Source: a virus. Taken from it: DNA of 64,000 nt. The notes under the pieces are model-generated. The model was not told the DNA's origin, did not search any database, and worked only from the letters and a program-made list of their open reading frames with translations. The position numbers were made by a program, and so were the translations under genes. Numbering within the stretch: position 1 is the stretch's first letter; each line of letters begins with the position of its first letter. Positions 39,141-48,080 of the stretch are shown piece by piece. The stretch is taken from the IMG/VR virus record IMGVR_UViG_3300042371_000472, positions 28,483-92,482 of that record, one strand, 5' to 3'.

Positions 39141-39625
39141 TGGCTACCTCATTTGCCAACTGGCAATCTCCATCCTCTAGTCCTGAATCAGGAATGGTCG
39201 GAGGTACGGGTCCAACACCCGTATTCCGTAGTGCCAAAGATCAACGCATCTCGGCGTATGGTGTTGGTCCTGACACCCAATACCCCGATGGGTATCTTGG
39301 CACCATGTCCAGTAACCGCCGACAGGACAAACTGACTAATGCTGTTCGCGCCAACCAACGGGCGTATTCCCGCGGAGTCCATAAGGGTGAGCGTATTAAT
39401 GCTGGGGACTATATTTGGCCTCAAGAGTTCAACCTTTTAACTGGAATTATGCTGGAATCTAAGGGTAAGAAGTTCGCACCCCCAGGAGCAGAACCAGTCC
39501 GATTAACCAATGACGGTAAGGCAGGACCACGCGGTATTCCTCGTGGTTTAGAGCGACCCGACAAGCAAATTATAGATATGCAACGAAGAAGCATGCTAAA
39601 ATCACTTGCACCAATGTGGAAGTAA
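39140..39625 (+). CDS. Phage hypothetical protein
   Basis: YPDGYLGT...RR.D and Y.RGVHKGERI motifs; operonic. Confidence 0.65.
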   Translation: MATSFANWQSPSSSPESGMVGGTGPTPVFRSAKDQRISAYGVGPDTQYPDGYLGTMSSNRRQDKLTNAVRANQRAYSRGVHKGERINAGDYIWPQEFNLLTGIMLESKGKKFAPPGAEPVRLTNDGKAGPRGIPRGLERPDKQIIDMQRRSMLKSLAPMWK

Positions 39626-39648
39626 ACACATACTAAGGAGTAATTATC

Positions 39649-39936
39649 ATGGCAAAAGTAATGCGTGGCGTCCACCGCCGTAATCGTGAAGCCTCAGAAG
39701 CATGGGGCACCTCTGTAAATGCACCTGCCTACGGTGGCAGTCAAGCCTACTTTGGCGATGACTATGAACAAGGTGACAGTATGTACGATGAGGCTTGGGG
39801 TCCCGTTGAATCACAGGCTGAAGCCATTGCTATGCAGGGCTACATGGACACACCAACGCCCACTGGTCCGTCATACCCAACGACCAGCAAAAAAGACTGT
39901 GAATGCGGTACGCCCAACTGCGATTGTAAGAAGTAG
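39649..39936 (+). CDS. Hypothetical protein with C-terminal Cys cluster
   Basis: AAGGAG RBS; CECGTPNCDC. Confidence 0.6.
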   Translation: MAKVMRGVHRRNREASEAWGTSVNAPAYGGSQAYFGDDYEQGDSMYDEAWGPVESQAEAIAMQGYMDTPTPTGPSYPTTSKKDCECGTPNCDCKK

Positions 39937-39942
39937 TAACTC

Positions 39943-40251
39943 ATGCAGGTCATTAAGGACATCACAGAACTAAAACCACTCGCTGGTGGAAGCATGGGTA
40001 GCGGTGGTGGCTCCAAGAAGCCACCGACCACTCCTAACGACCGCGATAACTCAATGGGTGACTGGCGTGAACCACAGCGATGGGACAGCAGTAGTATGCA
40101 CCAGCGTTTTGAACAAAATCAAAACCAAGCAAAAATGTGGCAACAAGGTGCGCGTTCCGAGCGTTATTTAAGTCCTCGTCAAGACCATTTTTATAAAGGT
40201 CATACCGAATCTAAGACAAAGAGTTATTACGAAGAGTTAGGTGGCTACTGA
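39943..40251 (+). CDS. Hypothetical protein
   Basis: Operonic; shares NQAKMW with the next gene. Confidence 0.55.
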   Translation: MQVIKDITELKPLAGGSMGSGGGSKKPPTTPNDRDNSMGDWREPQRWDSSSMHQRFEQNQNQAKMWQQGARSERYLSPRQDHFYKGHTESKTKSYYEELGGY

Positions 40252-40433
40252 TGGACGGACAGTCATTAAACCCAAATCGCAAAACAGACCGTTATGCACA
40301 TAACTTGCGTATCAATAAGCAAGATGAGTATTACGGCAGTGGTGACTGGGACGACGACATGGACCCCGATACACGCCGTAGCGCCATGAACAGAATGTCA
40401 AACCAAGCAAAAATGTGGAAAGAAGGTTATTAA
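40251..40433 (+). CDS. Small hypothetical protein
   Basis: TGATG coupling; paralogous modules with both neighbours. Confidence 0.55.
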   Translation: MDGQSLNPNRKTDRYAHNLRINKQDEYYGSGDWDDDMDPDTRRSAMNRMSNQAKMWKEGY

Positions 40434-40436
40434 ATT

Positions 40437-40598
40437 ATGGACGGACAAGCAAGAAGCCCAAAGCGTAAGACAGATCGTAAAGCACACGCAGAACGCATCG
40501 CTAGTGAAGACCCCTTTGCTGGTTATGTAAAACAACTATTCCGGAATGGGTTTGATAATGTTCGCTGGGATAGCGATAAGAAGAACCAAAACAAGTAA
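40437..40598 (+). CDS. Small hypothetical protein (53 aa), N-terminal paralog of 40251-40433
   Basis: MDGQARSPKRKTDRKAH vs MDGQSLNPNRKTDRYAH. Confidence 0.55.
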   Translation: MDGQARSPKRKTDRKAHAERIASEDPFAGYVKQLFRNGFDNVRWDSDKKNQNK

Positions 40599-40603
40599 CC
40601 CTT

Positions 40604-40894
40604 ATGGGAAAACCTTGGCAATCGCACGAAGAGTTTCTCGTTGATCAGGCTCTAGAAGCCGCGATTAGCGACCCCGAAACTATTCGTAACATTCGCCCTG
40701 CACATCCCCAAATCCTATTCCCTGAGACACGAGGCATGATCAAGATGATCGCTGGTATCAACGACATCCTCTCTATTGACCGATACGCCGCGAGTAACCG
40801 CTCGTGGCTCTCAGGCATGCCCGTACGACGCACAGAACTCGCCTCAGGCGAATGGACAGGAACTGGTCGCTATTCAATGGAGTCATTAGGATGA
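40604..40894 (+). CDS. Hypothetical protein
   Basis: Operonic; ATGA overlap with the next gene. Confidence 0.55.
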   Translation: MGKPWQSHEEFLVDQALEAAISDPETIRNIRPAHPQILFPETRGMIKMIAGINDILSIDRYAASNRSWLSGMPVRRTELASGEWTGTGRYSMESLG

Positions 40895-42000
40895 GCGATT
40901 ACTTTAATCAAAGTAATAATTACAGTGCCACTAACAATAATAGTCATCGCAAAAACTATCAAGGTTCAATGCCTACCACTAATTATCTGTTACCTGCTAC
41001 CTACAGGCAAACAAACCTAGAGTTCCCCAAGGCTCCTAGTTTTGGTCAGTTCACCCCAGTTAGTTCAGGAGTAACGCGTGACTGGTCAGGCTCAAAGATG
41101 AACTTGCCCGAGTTTAAGGTACTTAATCAATTAGGAAAAGGTCTTAATCGCTGGGCAAATGCCAGGTTGTTCTCACCGCAAAAAGACGACGACGACGATG
41201 GTTCTACTGCGGCATCACCCCCAAATGCTGGTCTCCCTAATAACCCAGCACCACAACCAAATCAACCAATTAATCCCAACCCACCAGTACAACCCCAACC
41301 CCAACCCCAACCCCAACCCCAACCTCAACCCCAACCCCAACCCCAACCATCTCCTGCACCATCTCCTGCGCCTGCGCCTGCACCAAAGCCATCCCCAACA
41401 CCAAAGCCAACACCAACACCAAAGCCAACACCAAATCCTGCACCAAGCGCCCCTTCTGCTTGGGATGAATATTGGGACAAAATAGATAATCCCCCATCCC
41501 CATCCCCAACGCCTGCGCCATCCCCATCCCCAACGCCTGCACCAAGAACTAGGCGTGATGGTTCTTCAATTCCACCATTTCCTAAGTTTGATTCAGAGGC
41601 GCCCACTCCAGCAGGTCTACCACGACGACAAGCCGTAAAGCGCCCATTAGGTGGAACCTCACAAGAACAGCCTGCTGAGAGCAAACTTGGTCGGAGACTC
41701 ACTAAACCATTAACACGCCCCACAACGCGCACCTTAGGTCGCGGTGACGGTCCTACGACCGCTCGCCGTAGCCGTGAATCAGTCGCCTCAGCCGTTGCCG
41801 AGGCAATGTCTCGCTCGCTAGGCCAGGGGGACACCACAGAAGACGAGTCATCGGGTAATGTAGGGGATATGAGTAAGCCTTTAACTAAGCCTCTAACCAA
41901 ACCTTTAACCAAGACGATTCCCTCTGAGCGTCGTCAAACGCCATCCTCATCCGCGGGTGGTCGTAAACCTTCAACGAAAAGGAACCGCTATGGCAGTTAA
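40891..42000 (+). CDS. Proline-rich disordered protein
   Basis: (PQ)n, (PA/PS/PT/PK)n and KPLT repeats; start ATG 40891 chosen. Confidence 0.65.
   Translation: MSDYFNQSNNYSATNNNSHRKNYQGSMPTTNYLLPATYRQTNLEFPKAPSFGQFTPVSSGVTRDWSGSKMNLPEFKVLNQLGKGLNRWANARLFSPQKDDDDDGSTAASPPNAGLPNNPAPQPNQPINPNPPVQPQPQPQPQPQPQPQPQPQPSPAPSPAPAPAPKPSPTPKPTPTPKPTPNPAPSAPSAWDEYWDKIDNPPSPSPTPAPSPSPTPAPRTRRDGSSIPPFPKFDSEAPTPAGLPRRQAVKRPLGGTSQEQPAESKLGRRLTKPLTRPTTRTLGRGDGPTTARRSRESVASAVAEAMSRSLGQGDTTEDESSGNVGDMSKPLTKPLTKPLTKTIPSERRQTPSSSAGGRKPSTKRNRYGS
41290..41540. repeat. Coding tandem repeats (CAACCC)n and 12-24 bp Pro repeats
   Basis: Directly visible; encode PQPQ, PTPK and PSPSPTPA. Confidence 0.85.
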
Positions 42001-42187
42001 CTCCTCACGATCAATGAACGAAGACCTACAACATGGTCTCAATGATGGCGCATTCAAGAGCCTCTCACCCGACCGCGGTGGTGAGGTTGAAATGCAGAAC
42101 ATCCATGAACGCGCCATGATGCTTCAGGCGCAGTACGACATGAACGACATCAAGATGGCTGTCGTTCAAACTGCTCAATACAACTGA
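41990..42187 (+). CDS. Small hypothetical protein
   Basis: AAGGA RBS; MAVNSSRSMN. Confidence 0.55.
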   Translation: MAVNSSRSMNEDLQHGLNDGAFKSLSPDRGGEVEMQNIHERAMMLQAQYDMNDIKMAVVQTAQYN

Positions 42188-42219
42188 TTTAACTATTTGT
42201 AACTAATAAGGAGAACAAC

Positions 42220-42678
42220 ATGCCCCGTCTTTTGACATGCCAAACCTGTGGAACCATGTACCGAATGAAGGACTACGACGGTCCTGCCGAGTACGACATG
42301 GAACTTATTGAGTTATGTCAGCGACACCTCGGTCAGGCGGTTAACCCCGACCCCGACGCTCATAAATCCATGATTCTCCGCTGTGATCAGGACACATGGG
42401 AAAAACTCGGTGATGAGACTCAGGTCAAAAAAGAGTTGATGAAGAACGAAATTGAGGTACGCGAGGTACGCGACGATCTCAAGGTAGAGGCTCTGAAGTG
42501 CTTCAGTCGCCATAACCGCCCAGCAGGCATGTGCATTGACTACGAAGACGAAAGCAAGACCATTGGTCGCAAGATCGGGATTCCAAAGGCTCAACGCCAA
42601 TACCTCTGCCACTATTGCCCAGCACAAGAGTTTGTGACTCACAAGAACCGCACCGCTAAAGGGATGTATGGTTCGTGA
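42220..42678 (+). CDS. Cys/His-rich hypothetical (zinc-binding) protein
   Basis: CQTC, C..H, YLCHYCP; AAGGAG RBS. Confidence 0.65.
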   Translation: MPRLLTCQTCGTMYRMKDYDGPAEYDMELIELCQRHLGQAVNPDPDAHKSMILRCDQDTWEKLGDETQVKKELMKNEIEVREVRDDLKVEALKCFSRHNRPAGMCIDYEDESKTIGRKIGIPKAQRQYLCHYCPAQEFVTHKNRTAKGMYGS

Positions 42679-43157
42679 TCATATTTCACTTTGATGCACT
42701 AGCCACCAAAGCCCCAACCTTTGGTCAGCGTCAGCCAAGCATGGAAGGTCGGCGCCTATGGGACTCGTTCTTCCATAAATACATGGGTCGCGTCTATCTC
42801 GTTTGTGACGGTGACGATGACATTGAGATGGTTAAGACATGGCTTAAGCGAGAGGGTTACAAGGTCTCGGCTATCTATCAGACACCCGATCTCGTACGCG
42901 ATGGGACAACACCTAGAGCCGAAGCCGTATGGGCGATTGCCTCAGCACTAGGTCGCCCACACTTCTATATAGACACCGACCCTGAGACCTGTGCCTATGC
43001 CGTTAAACAGGGCATCACAGCCCTTCTGATGGCTGTCCCCCAATTCATGCGCCCCGAGTTCCATACCCCCAACAGCATCCGAGCATGGGATACTGTGGTA
43101 GATGAACTTGACGCTCAGGCGCTCAAAAAGTCTGAAAGGACATGGGGTGACATATGA
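42675..43157 (+). CDS. Degenerate HAD-like protein
   Basis: IIFHFDAL (motif I remnant), FYIDTDP (motif IV-like). Confidence 0.5.
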   Translation: MIIFHFDALATKAPTFGQRQPSMEGRRLWDSFFHKYMGRVYLVCDGDDDIEMVKTWLKREGYKVSAIYQTPDLVRDGTTPRAEAVWAIASALGRPHFYIDTDPETCAYAVKQGITALLMAVPQFMRPEFHTPNSIRAWDTVVDELDAQALKKSERTWGDI

Positions 43158-44572
43158 GGGTATTCTTTGGTGGAGCCGAAAAAGGCTCACACCGTCGCAT
43201 CCTTGAGAAAGCCGATGTCATACGGTTTGGGGTTAATCTAACCCACTTCCCAATCCCTAAGACTAAAGAGTTAGTCCTATCTGAGGTGTTCACGGGTGAG
43301 ACCCTGATCTACACCAGCGAGAACGACGAAGACATCAACCGCTTTGACGACTTCTTACGGCAACACGAACACAACATCACAACCGTTATCGGGCGCCCCG
43401 ATTATGACGGGACATGGCTTGGGGATAAGTACATCCCGGTGTGGTCTGATGGCGAAGACCTAGAAAGATTGGCATTCTTATGTCAGCGTTATGGTCGCGT
43501 GGCTATTTCTGACAAGGCGATTAACGGTAAGAACATACCCCGAATCCGATCCTTATCTCAGCGTTGGGGTGCCGACCTCTACGGACTGACTAGTAAGCCC
43601 GACTCCATTGAGGCGCTCCCTTGGCATACCGTGGTCATCGGCTCATGGACTAGTGTCCTGCGCTATGGGGAGACCCAAGTATGGGATGGTCATGGTCTAC
43701 GGCGGTATCCAGCCCAACAGAAAGAATCCGCTCGCAAGAAGCATCGCGCTGACATTATGCGTCTCGGATTAAACCCCGAACTCGTGATCGCAGACGATAC
43801 TACTGAGGTAGCAATGCTCGCCATCAGGTCATGGCAGGCATGGGAATCTAAGGTCTATGACCTACCAAAACGACCCTCGGAGGCGACCCCTATGACCGAT
43901 GAAAACGGCGATATAATTGCTATGACCCCCCTCACACAAGGTGGAGAAGTTGGGGTTCCTGGGGGTACAAGTATTGCTATAACCCCCCCTGAAAAGCGGC
44001 ACGAGAATGATCGTGTATTGCTACCAGTTATGGGCATAGAAACAATCACCTCGCTAGGTACAAAAACCAGTTCTGAGCAGGGCGAAGAGTACGAAATTGA
44101 CCCTGAGGAAACCACCGTAATTCGGTACGCAAACCACCTTTTACGAAACTGTGATAATTGCTATTTGGCATCAAAATGTCCCGCATATAAAGAACACACA
44201 GAATGTGGCTTCAAACTTCCCGTTGAAATCCGCACCAAAGACCAACTCCAAGCATCACTTAGAGCCTTATTAGAGATGCAAGTTAGTCGCGTCATGTTCG
44301 CTAGGTTCGCTGAAGAGATGGAAGGTCAGGGTCTGGATACAGGTCTCAGTAGCGAGATTGATCGGATGTTTAACCTTGTAAATAAGTTTAAAGATATCTC
44401 TGATACCCGAGATGTAATCCGTATGGAGGTTGAGGCGCGCGGTTCCGCGGGCGCTCTGTCCCGAATCTTTGGAGCCAAGGCTGGGGAAGTTGCCCGAGAA
44501 CTAACGACCCCTATGCCGAACACCGTCTTTGACAGCATGGCAATGGACATCATCAATGTAGAAGATGTTTGA
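43154..44572 (+). CDS. TGT/DpdA-like TIM-barrel protein (apparently degenerate) with C-terminal Cys4 domain
   Basis: IPVW.DGED...L...Y.RVAI, YGLT, PW....GSW....RYG pattern; CDNC....C......C. Confidence 0.5.
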   Translation: MRVFFGGAEKGSHRRILEKADVIRFGVNLTHFPIPKTKELVLSEVFTGETLIYTSENDEDINRFDDFLRQHEHNITTVIGRPDYDGTWLGDKYIPVWSDGEDLERLAFLCQRYGRVAISDKAINGKNIPRIRSLSQRWGADLYGLTSKPDSIEALPWHTVVIGSWTSVLRYGETQVWDGHGLRRYPAQQKESARKKHRADIMRLGLNPELVIADDTTEVAMLAIRSWQAWESKVYDLPKRPSEATPMTDENGDIIAMTPLTQGGEVGVPGGTSIAITPPEKRHENDRVLLPVMGIETITSLGTKTSSEQGEEYEIDPEETTVIRYANHLLRNCDNCYLASKCPAYKEHTECGFKLPVEIRTKDQLQASLRALLEMQVSRVMFARFAEEMEGQGLDTGLSSEIDRMFNLVNKFKDISDTRDVIRMEVEARGSAGALSRIFGAKAGEVARELTTPMPNTVFDSMAMDIINVEDV

Positions 44573-44604
44573 CTCTGACCAGCAATGTTGGTAGGGTCGC
44601 ATAA

Positions 44605-44814
44605 ATGTTTGAAGAGTTTGAAGAAAAGTTTGATCACATGAGCGCATTCCAATTATGGTGGAGCGAAGTATCTCCAGCCATTGTGGAAGCGGTTGGCGAA
44701 GAACAAGGTGCATGGATTCGTGAAACCCTCGGGTGGAACTGGTTTACATCGCCCACCGCCAAGCGCGTTGTTCGTGACCAATGGGATGATCACCAACGAC
44801 TATCGGGGGAATGA
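44605..44814 (+). CDS. Hypothetical protein
   Basis: 69 aa, abuts whiB. Confidence 0.5.
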   Translation: MFEEFEEKFDHMSAFQLWWSEVSPAIVEAVGEEQGAWIRETLGWNWFTSPTAKRVVRDQWDDHQRLSGE

Positions 44815-45219
44815 GTGGAACTAACTGATTGGATGAGCGATTCGCTATGCCGTGGGCTGGCGAACGATGCGTGGTTCCCACCACTAGAAGCATCCAATCC
44901 CAACGACTACTATGCCGTTGCGCGTGAGGTCTGTAATCGTTGCCCAGTATGGGCAAGTTGTTTAGACTATAGTAATAATAACGAGGAAAAATTCGGTATG
45001 TGGGGTGGACTAACTCCACAAGAAAGGAATGTCGGGCGCAAGACAACCTTGAGAGGACACGGGACTATTACCCGATATCGTCAAGGGTGTGCATGTATCA
45101 AGTGCACTGGCGCAAACAACACATACCAGCCAAACATTGATCTCTCGGTCTATCCAAGAATTGGTGAAGCAACCCAAATTGATGAACTCAAATATAAGGT
45201 GCTCCCCAACTTGAAATAG
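44815..45219 (+). CDS. whiB: WhiB-family Fe-S transcription factor with extra HGT..Y..GC.C..C motif
   Basis: C..WFP..AREVCNRCPVWASC..FGMWGGLTPQER. Confidence 0.92.
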   Translation: MELTDWMSDSLCRGLANDAWFPPLEASNPNDYYAVAREVCNRCPVWASCLDYSNNNEEKFGMWGGLTPQERNVGRKTTLRGHGTITRYRQGCACIKCTGANNTYQPNIDLSVYPRIGEATQIDELKYKVLPNLK

Positions 45220-45311
45220 ATCGTGGGAAGGCGCAAGGCAAACCTTGCGTCTCCGACGAAGACACATGACTACCCCTTCCGATGTGTCTTCTTATTAAGG
45301 AGGGTAAAACC

Positions 45312-45854
45312 TTGAAAGTAATCAATAAAGTAAGTATTGCAGTAACCACACTGTTGACAGTAACCACCGCCTGCTCAGTTTCCGAGCAGAGCACCGACAC
45401 ACTGGCGCCACTTGTGCCAGTAACGGTGGTGATAACGACACCACCAACCACTACAACACCCCCAACCACTACGGTTGCCCCAACCACCACTACAACATTA
45501 CTTCCCCCTAATTGGACACCCCCAACACTCCCGTCTGATGTCCCGTGCCAAGAGTGGACTCAGGTCGCTCTTGACGCTGGCTGGCCTTGGGAACTTCTAC
45601 CTGAACTTCTCCGTGAAGTGTGGTCAGAATCGCGTTGTCAGAATGTGATTGAAGGTCACCCACAATGGAATGGCTCCGACCGAGGTCCTCTCCAAATTAA
45701 CCAAGTTTGGCTTGATGACATTGAAGCAAAATACGGCGACTGGAGAGTCGTAGATGACCCTCGCTATAACTTTGCTTGGGCATGGGAGATGTACCGATGG
45801 TACGACGATAAAAAGGGCTGTGGCTTTATTCCATGGTCACGCAAGTGTAAATAA
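45312..45854 (+). CDS. Lipoprotein with Thr/Pro linker and lytic transglycosylase (SLT/Rpf-like) domain
   Basis: AAGGAGG plus TTG start; signal peptide ending TTAC; ESRC...D.G.LQIN...DP.YN...A...PWS. Confidence 0.75.
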   Translation: MKVINKVSIAVTTLLTVTTACSVSEQSTDTLAPLVPVTVVITTPPTTTTPPTTTVAPTTTTTLLPPNWTPPTLPSDVPCQEWTQVALDAGWPWELLPELLREVWSESRCQNVIEGHPQWNGSDRGPLQINQVWLDDIEAKYGDWRVVDDPRYNFAWAWEMYRWYDDKKGCGFIPWSRKCK

Positions 45855-45862
45855 TCTATGAT

Positions 45863-45879
45863 TGTCCCACCGTGGGACA
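45863..45879. repeat. 17-bp palindrome, copy 1
   Basis: TGTCCCACCGTGGGACA abutting the AGGAG RBS of the glycosyltransferase. Confidence 0.95.
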
Positions 45880-45891
45880 GAGGAGTACAAA

Positions 45892-46971
45892 ATGAAAATT
45901 GGAGTCGCTTCAGGAGATTGGGTTCACCCCGATCATGTATCCGACGGCATTGAAAAATGGGGTGGCTCAGGATGGGCGAGGGTGGCTCAATACATGCCTC
46001 ACCTGACTGGGCACACCTTTCATGTCGGGACTCTAATTTTTGACCCCAAGCATGGGGCGTTTCAGTTACGCGACGCTAATGAAGTAATCCACGATGTGGA
46101 TGTCGTGTGGATGCAACGCCTCATGCATGGTGGGGCTGATGAGCGTATCCGCTTATCGCAGAAGCAGGGTCAGATCATCATCAACGATGTGGATGACTGG
46201 TATTGGGGGCTGTCTAGCACCAATCAAGCCTTCCACTTCACCCACCCTAAAACCAACGCCGACATCAATATCAACCACTACAAGGCGACTCTATGCGCCT
46301 CAGACCTATTGACAGTCAGCACCCCGTACCTCTACGAGCGCGTCAAGCAGTTCGCTCAGAACACAAAAGTCGTGCTGGTGCCCAACTACATTGATGTGGC
46401 TCGCTTTCCCAAGTACCGACATGTCGTGTCATCTAAGCCGACATTTGGCTGGGCAGGTAGCACTGCTCACCGAAGCCGAGACTTAGAAACTCTTGCTGGG
46501 GTTATAACTCCATTTGTTACCTCAGAAAAGATAACACTTCACCACCATGGCGCACACCCAGCGCATCCCACCATGGCATCTGCGTTACGACTTAAAGACG
46601 ATCAGGTTTCAACGACCCCATTGACCGACCACCTCAACTACCCAAATGGTTTGAGTTTTGATGTCGGCATCGTTCCCCTGAATGACATCCCATTCAACCG
46701 AGCCAAGTCAGACATCAAGGGTCTTGAGTACAGCGCCTGCGGTATCCCGTTCATTGCTCAGAACCTTGACTCATACACGCACCTGAAGTCCACACTAGGA
46801 ATTGGTCGCACAGCAAAGCGCCCCTCAGATTGGATTCGGCACATCAATGCGTTACGCTCTTATGATGCCCGAGTAGAAGAAGGAGAAGCCTGTTACGAGG
46901 GCGTAAAGGCTCGTGACATCAAATACGGGGCGCAACTCCACCAACAGATATTTGACCAATACGGAAAGTAA
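45892..46971 (+). CDS. Glycosyltransferase (GT-B, family 4-like)
   Basis: DVDD, VST.YL, VPN.ID, GWAGS..H..DL, D.GIVPL...FN.AKS.IK.LEY.A.GIP. Confidence 0.88.
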   Translation: MKIGVASGDWVHPDHVSDGIEKWGGSGWARVAQYMPHLTGHTFHVGTLIFDPKHGAFQLRDANEVIHDVDVVWMQRLMHGGADERIRLSQKQGQIIINDVDDWYWGLSSTNQAFHFTHPKTNADININHYKATLCASDLLTVSTPYLYERVKQFAQNTKVVLVPNYIDVARFPKYRHVVSSKPTFGWAGSTAHRSRDLETLAGVITPFVTSEKITLHHHGAHPAHPTMASALRLKDDQVSTTPLTDHLNYPNGLSFDVGIVPLNDIPFNRAKSDIKGLEYSACGIPFIAQNLDSYTHLKSTLGIGRTAKRPSDWIRHINALRSYDARVEEGEACYEGVKARDIKYGAQLHQQIFDQYGK

Positions 46972-46973
46972 CA

Positions 46974-47381
46974 ATGCAACCCATCAAACGACAAGTAGAA
47001 CTACCGTCATTAACGCACAGCAACATGAATTGGCAAGATCATGCATCATGCCGAGGCAGTGCTACCACTGACTTCTTTCAAGATGAAGTCGGCTTTCAGG
47101 CTAATTACTCCGCACAGCGAATCATGTGCGCCTCATGCCCAGTTCGTCTTGAGTGTTTAGACTTCGCCCTTGACAACCACATCAAGTACGGATTGTGGGG
47201 AGGAATCGCACCGAGGAATCGCCGTGATGTCGGTATGGGTAGAGCGAGTAAAGATTTAACCGTTACTCAGATCGTAAAAGACCTTAGAAAGTTAAAGGTT
47301 GAGAACCCCATCGCTCAGGCTTCCGTGATCTTCAAGACCAGCGAGAAAACTATCCGCGAACGACTACGACAAAACAAATAG
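46974..47381 (+). CDS. whiB: WhiB-family Fe-S transcription factor with C-terminal extension
   Basis: WQDHASC..FF..MCASCPVRLECL..YGLWGG.APR.R. Confidence 0.92.
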   Translation: MQPIKRQVELPSLTHSNMNWQDHASCRGSATTDFFQDEVGFQANYSAQRIMCASCPVRLECLDFALDNHIKYGLWGGIAPRNRRDVGMGRASKDLTVTQIVKDLRKLKVENPIAQASVIFKTSEKTIRERLRQNK

Positions 47382-47392
47382 TTTTAAGCCGT

Positions 47393-47454
47393 AAACAAAA
47401 AAAGAACCCCCCTCTCGCAACCCATAAGGGTCACGGGAGGGGGGTTACTTTTAT
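47393..47454. terminator. Bidirectional terminator between convergent transcription units
   Basis: A-tract, then AACCCCCCTC...GAGGGGGGTT, then T-tract. Confidence 0.8.
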
Positions 47455-47462
47455 ATAAGAAA

Positions 47463-47648
47463 CTAGCCAAGGGACTCGCAAGCGGTGATCCTCGCCGCCA
47501 ACTCGTCGTAATCCTCTGTGGATAAGTCGCCTCGCTTCAAGAGAACACGGGCGATATCTAACAATGTTCGTAGGTCTTCTTCAGCGGTGGCTAAACCTTG
47601 ATGTAAGGCGTTGAGATAAGCGACTCGCATTGCTCCTTGATCGGTCAT
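47463..47648 (-). CDS. Hypothetical protein
   Basis: AAGGAG RBS; 61 aa. Confidence 0.55.
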   Translation of the reverse strand: MTDQGAMRVAYLNALHQGLATAEEDLRTLLDIARVLLKRGDLSTEDYDELAARITACESLG

Positions 47649-47657
47649 GTCGGCTCC

Positions 47658-48080
47658 TTACGACCACTTGTATGGGGTTGCTGGGTCAATGTCTGCCCAA
47701 AGCACTCCGTAGTGCTCAGGCAACTTACGGACAAGATTGGCTCGGTGTGAGATGGCGACCTCGGGGTCAACGAGCCAACCAAAGCGAGGCAGGTCAGCGA
47801 GGTCTTGAATGGTCGTAAACAACGACCGCACCTTGTCACGGCAGGTGTCCTTATAACCGCGCCCAGTCCACTCGTCGCACATGGCGAACACATAGTGGGC
47901 GAGCAACTCCTCGTGACCAACCCAAGCCTTGACGGCAGGGTGATTACGCCAGCCAGTGCTGACGCCAGTCAAGGTATTCAGAATCTGAAGACCCTCTACG
48001 CGCTGTTTACCGAGGCGCTGTCGGTCTAGAACCTTGGCATTAGCGGTGAAGTCATCACCGTAGGGTATGAATGTTTGCAT
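47658..48080 (-). CDS. Pyrimidine-dimer DNA glycosylase family (MSMEG_6728-like)
   Basis: MQTFIPY...LD..RLGKQRVE..QI...W.NHPAV..W..SHRANL.RK...Y. Confidence 0.9.
   Translation of the reverse strand: MQTFIPYGDDFTANAKVLDRQRLGKQRVEGLQILNTLTGVSTGWRNHPAVKAWVGHEELLAHYVFAMCDEWTGRGYKDTCRDKVRSLFTTIQDLADLPRFGWLVDPEVAISHRANLVRKLPEHYGVLWADIDPATPYKWS

Noticed and set aside
43855-44085. Second origin (TATGACC repeats and TCTGAGCAGGG shared with the iteron region)
   Set aside because: Matches are short, irregularly spaced and inside a coding linker; insufficient evidence.
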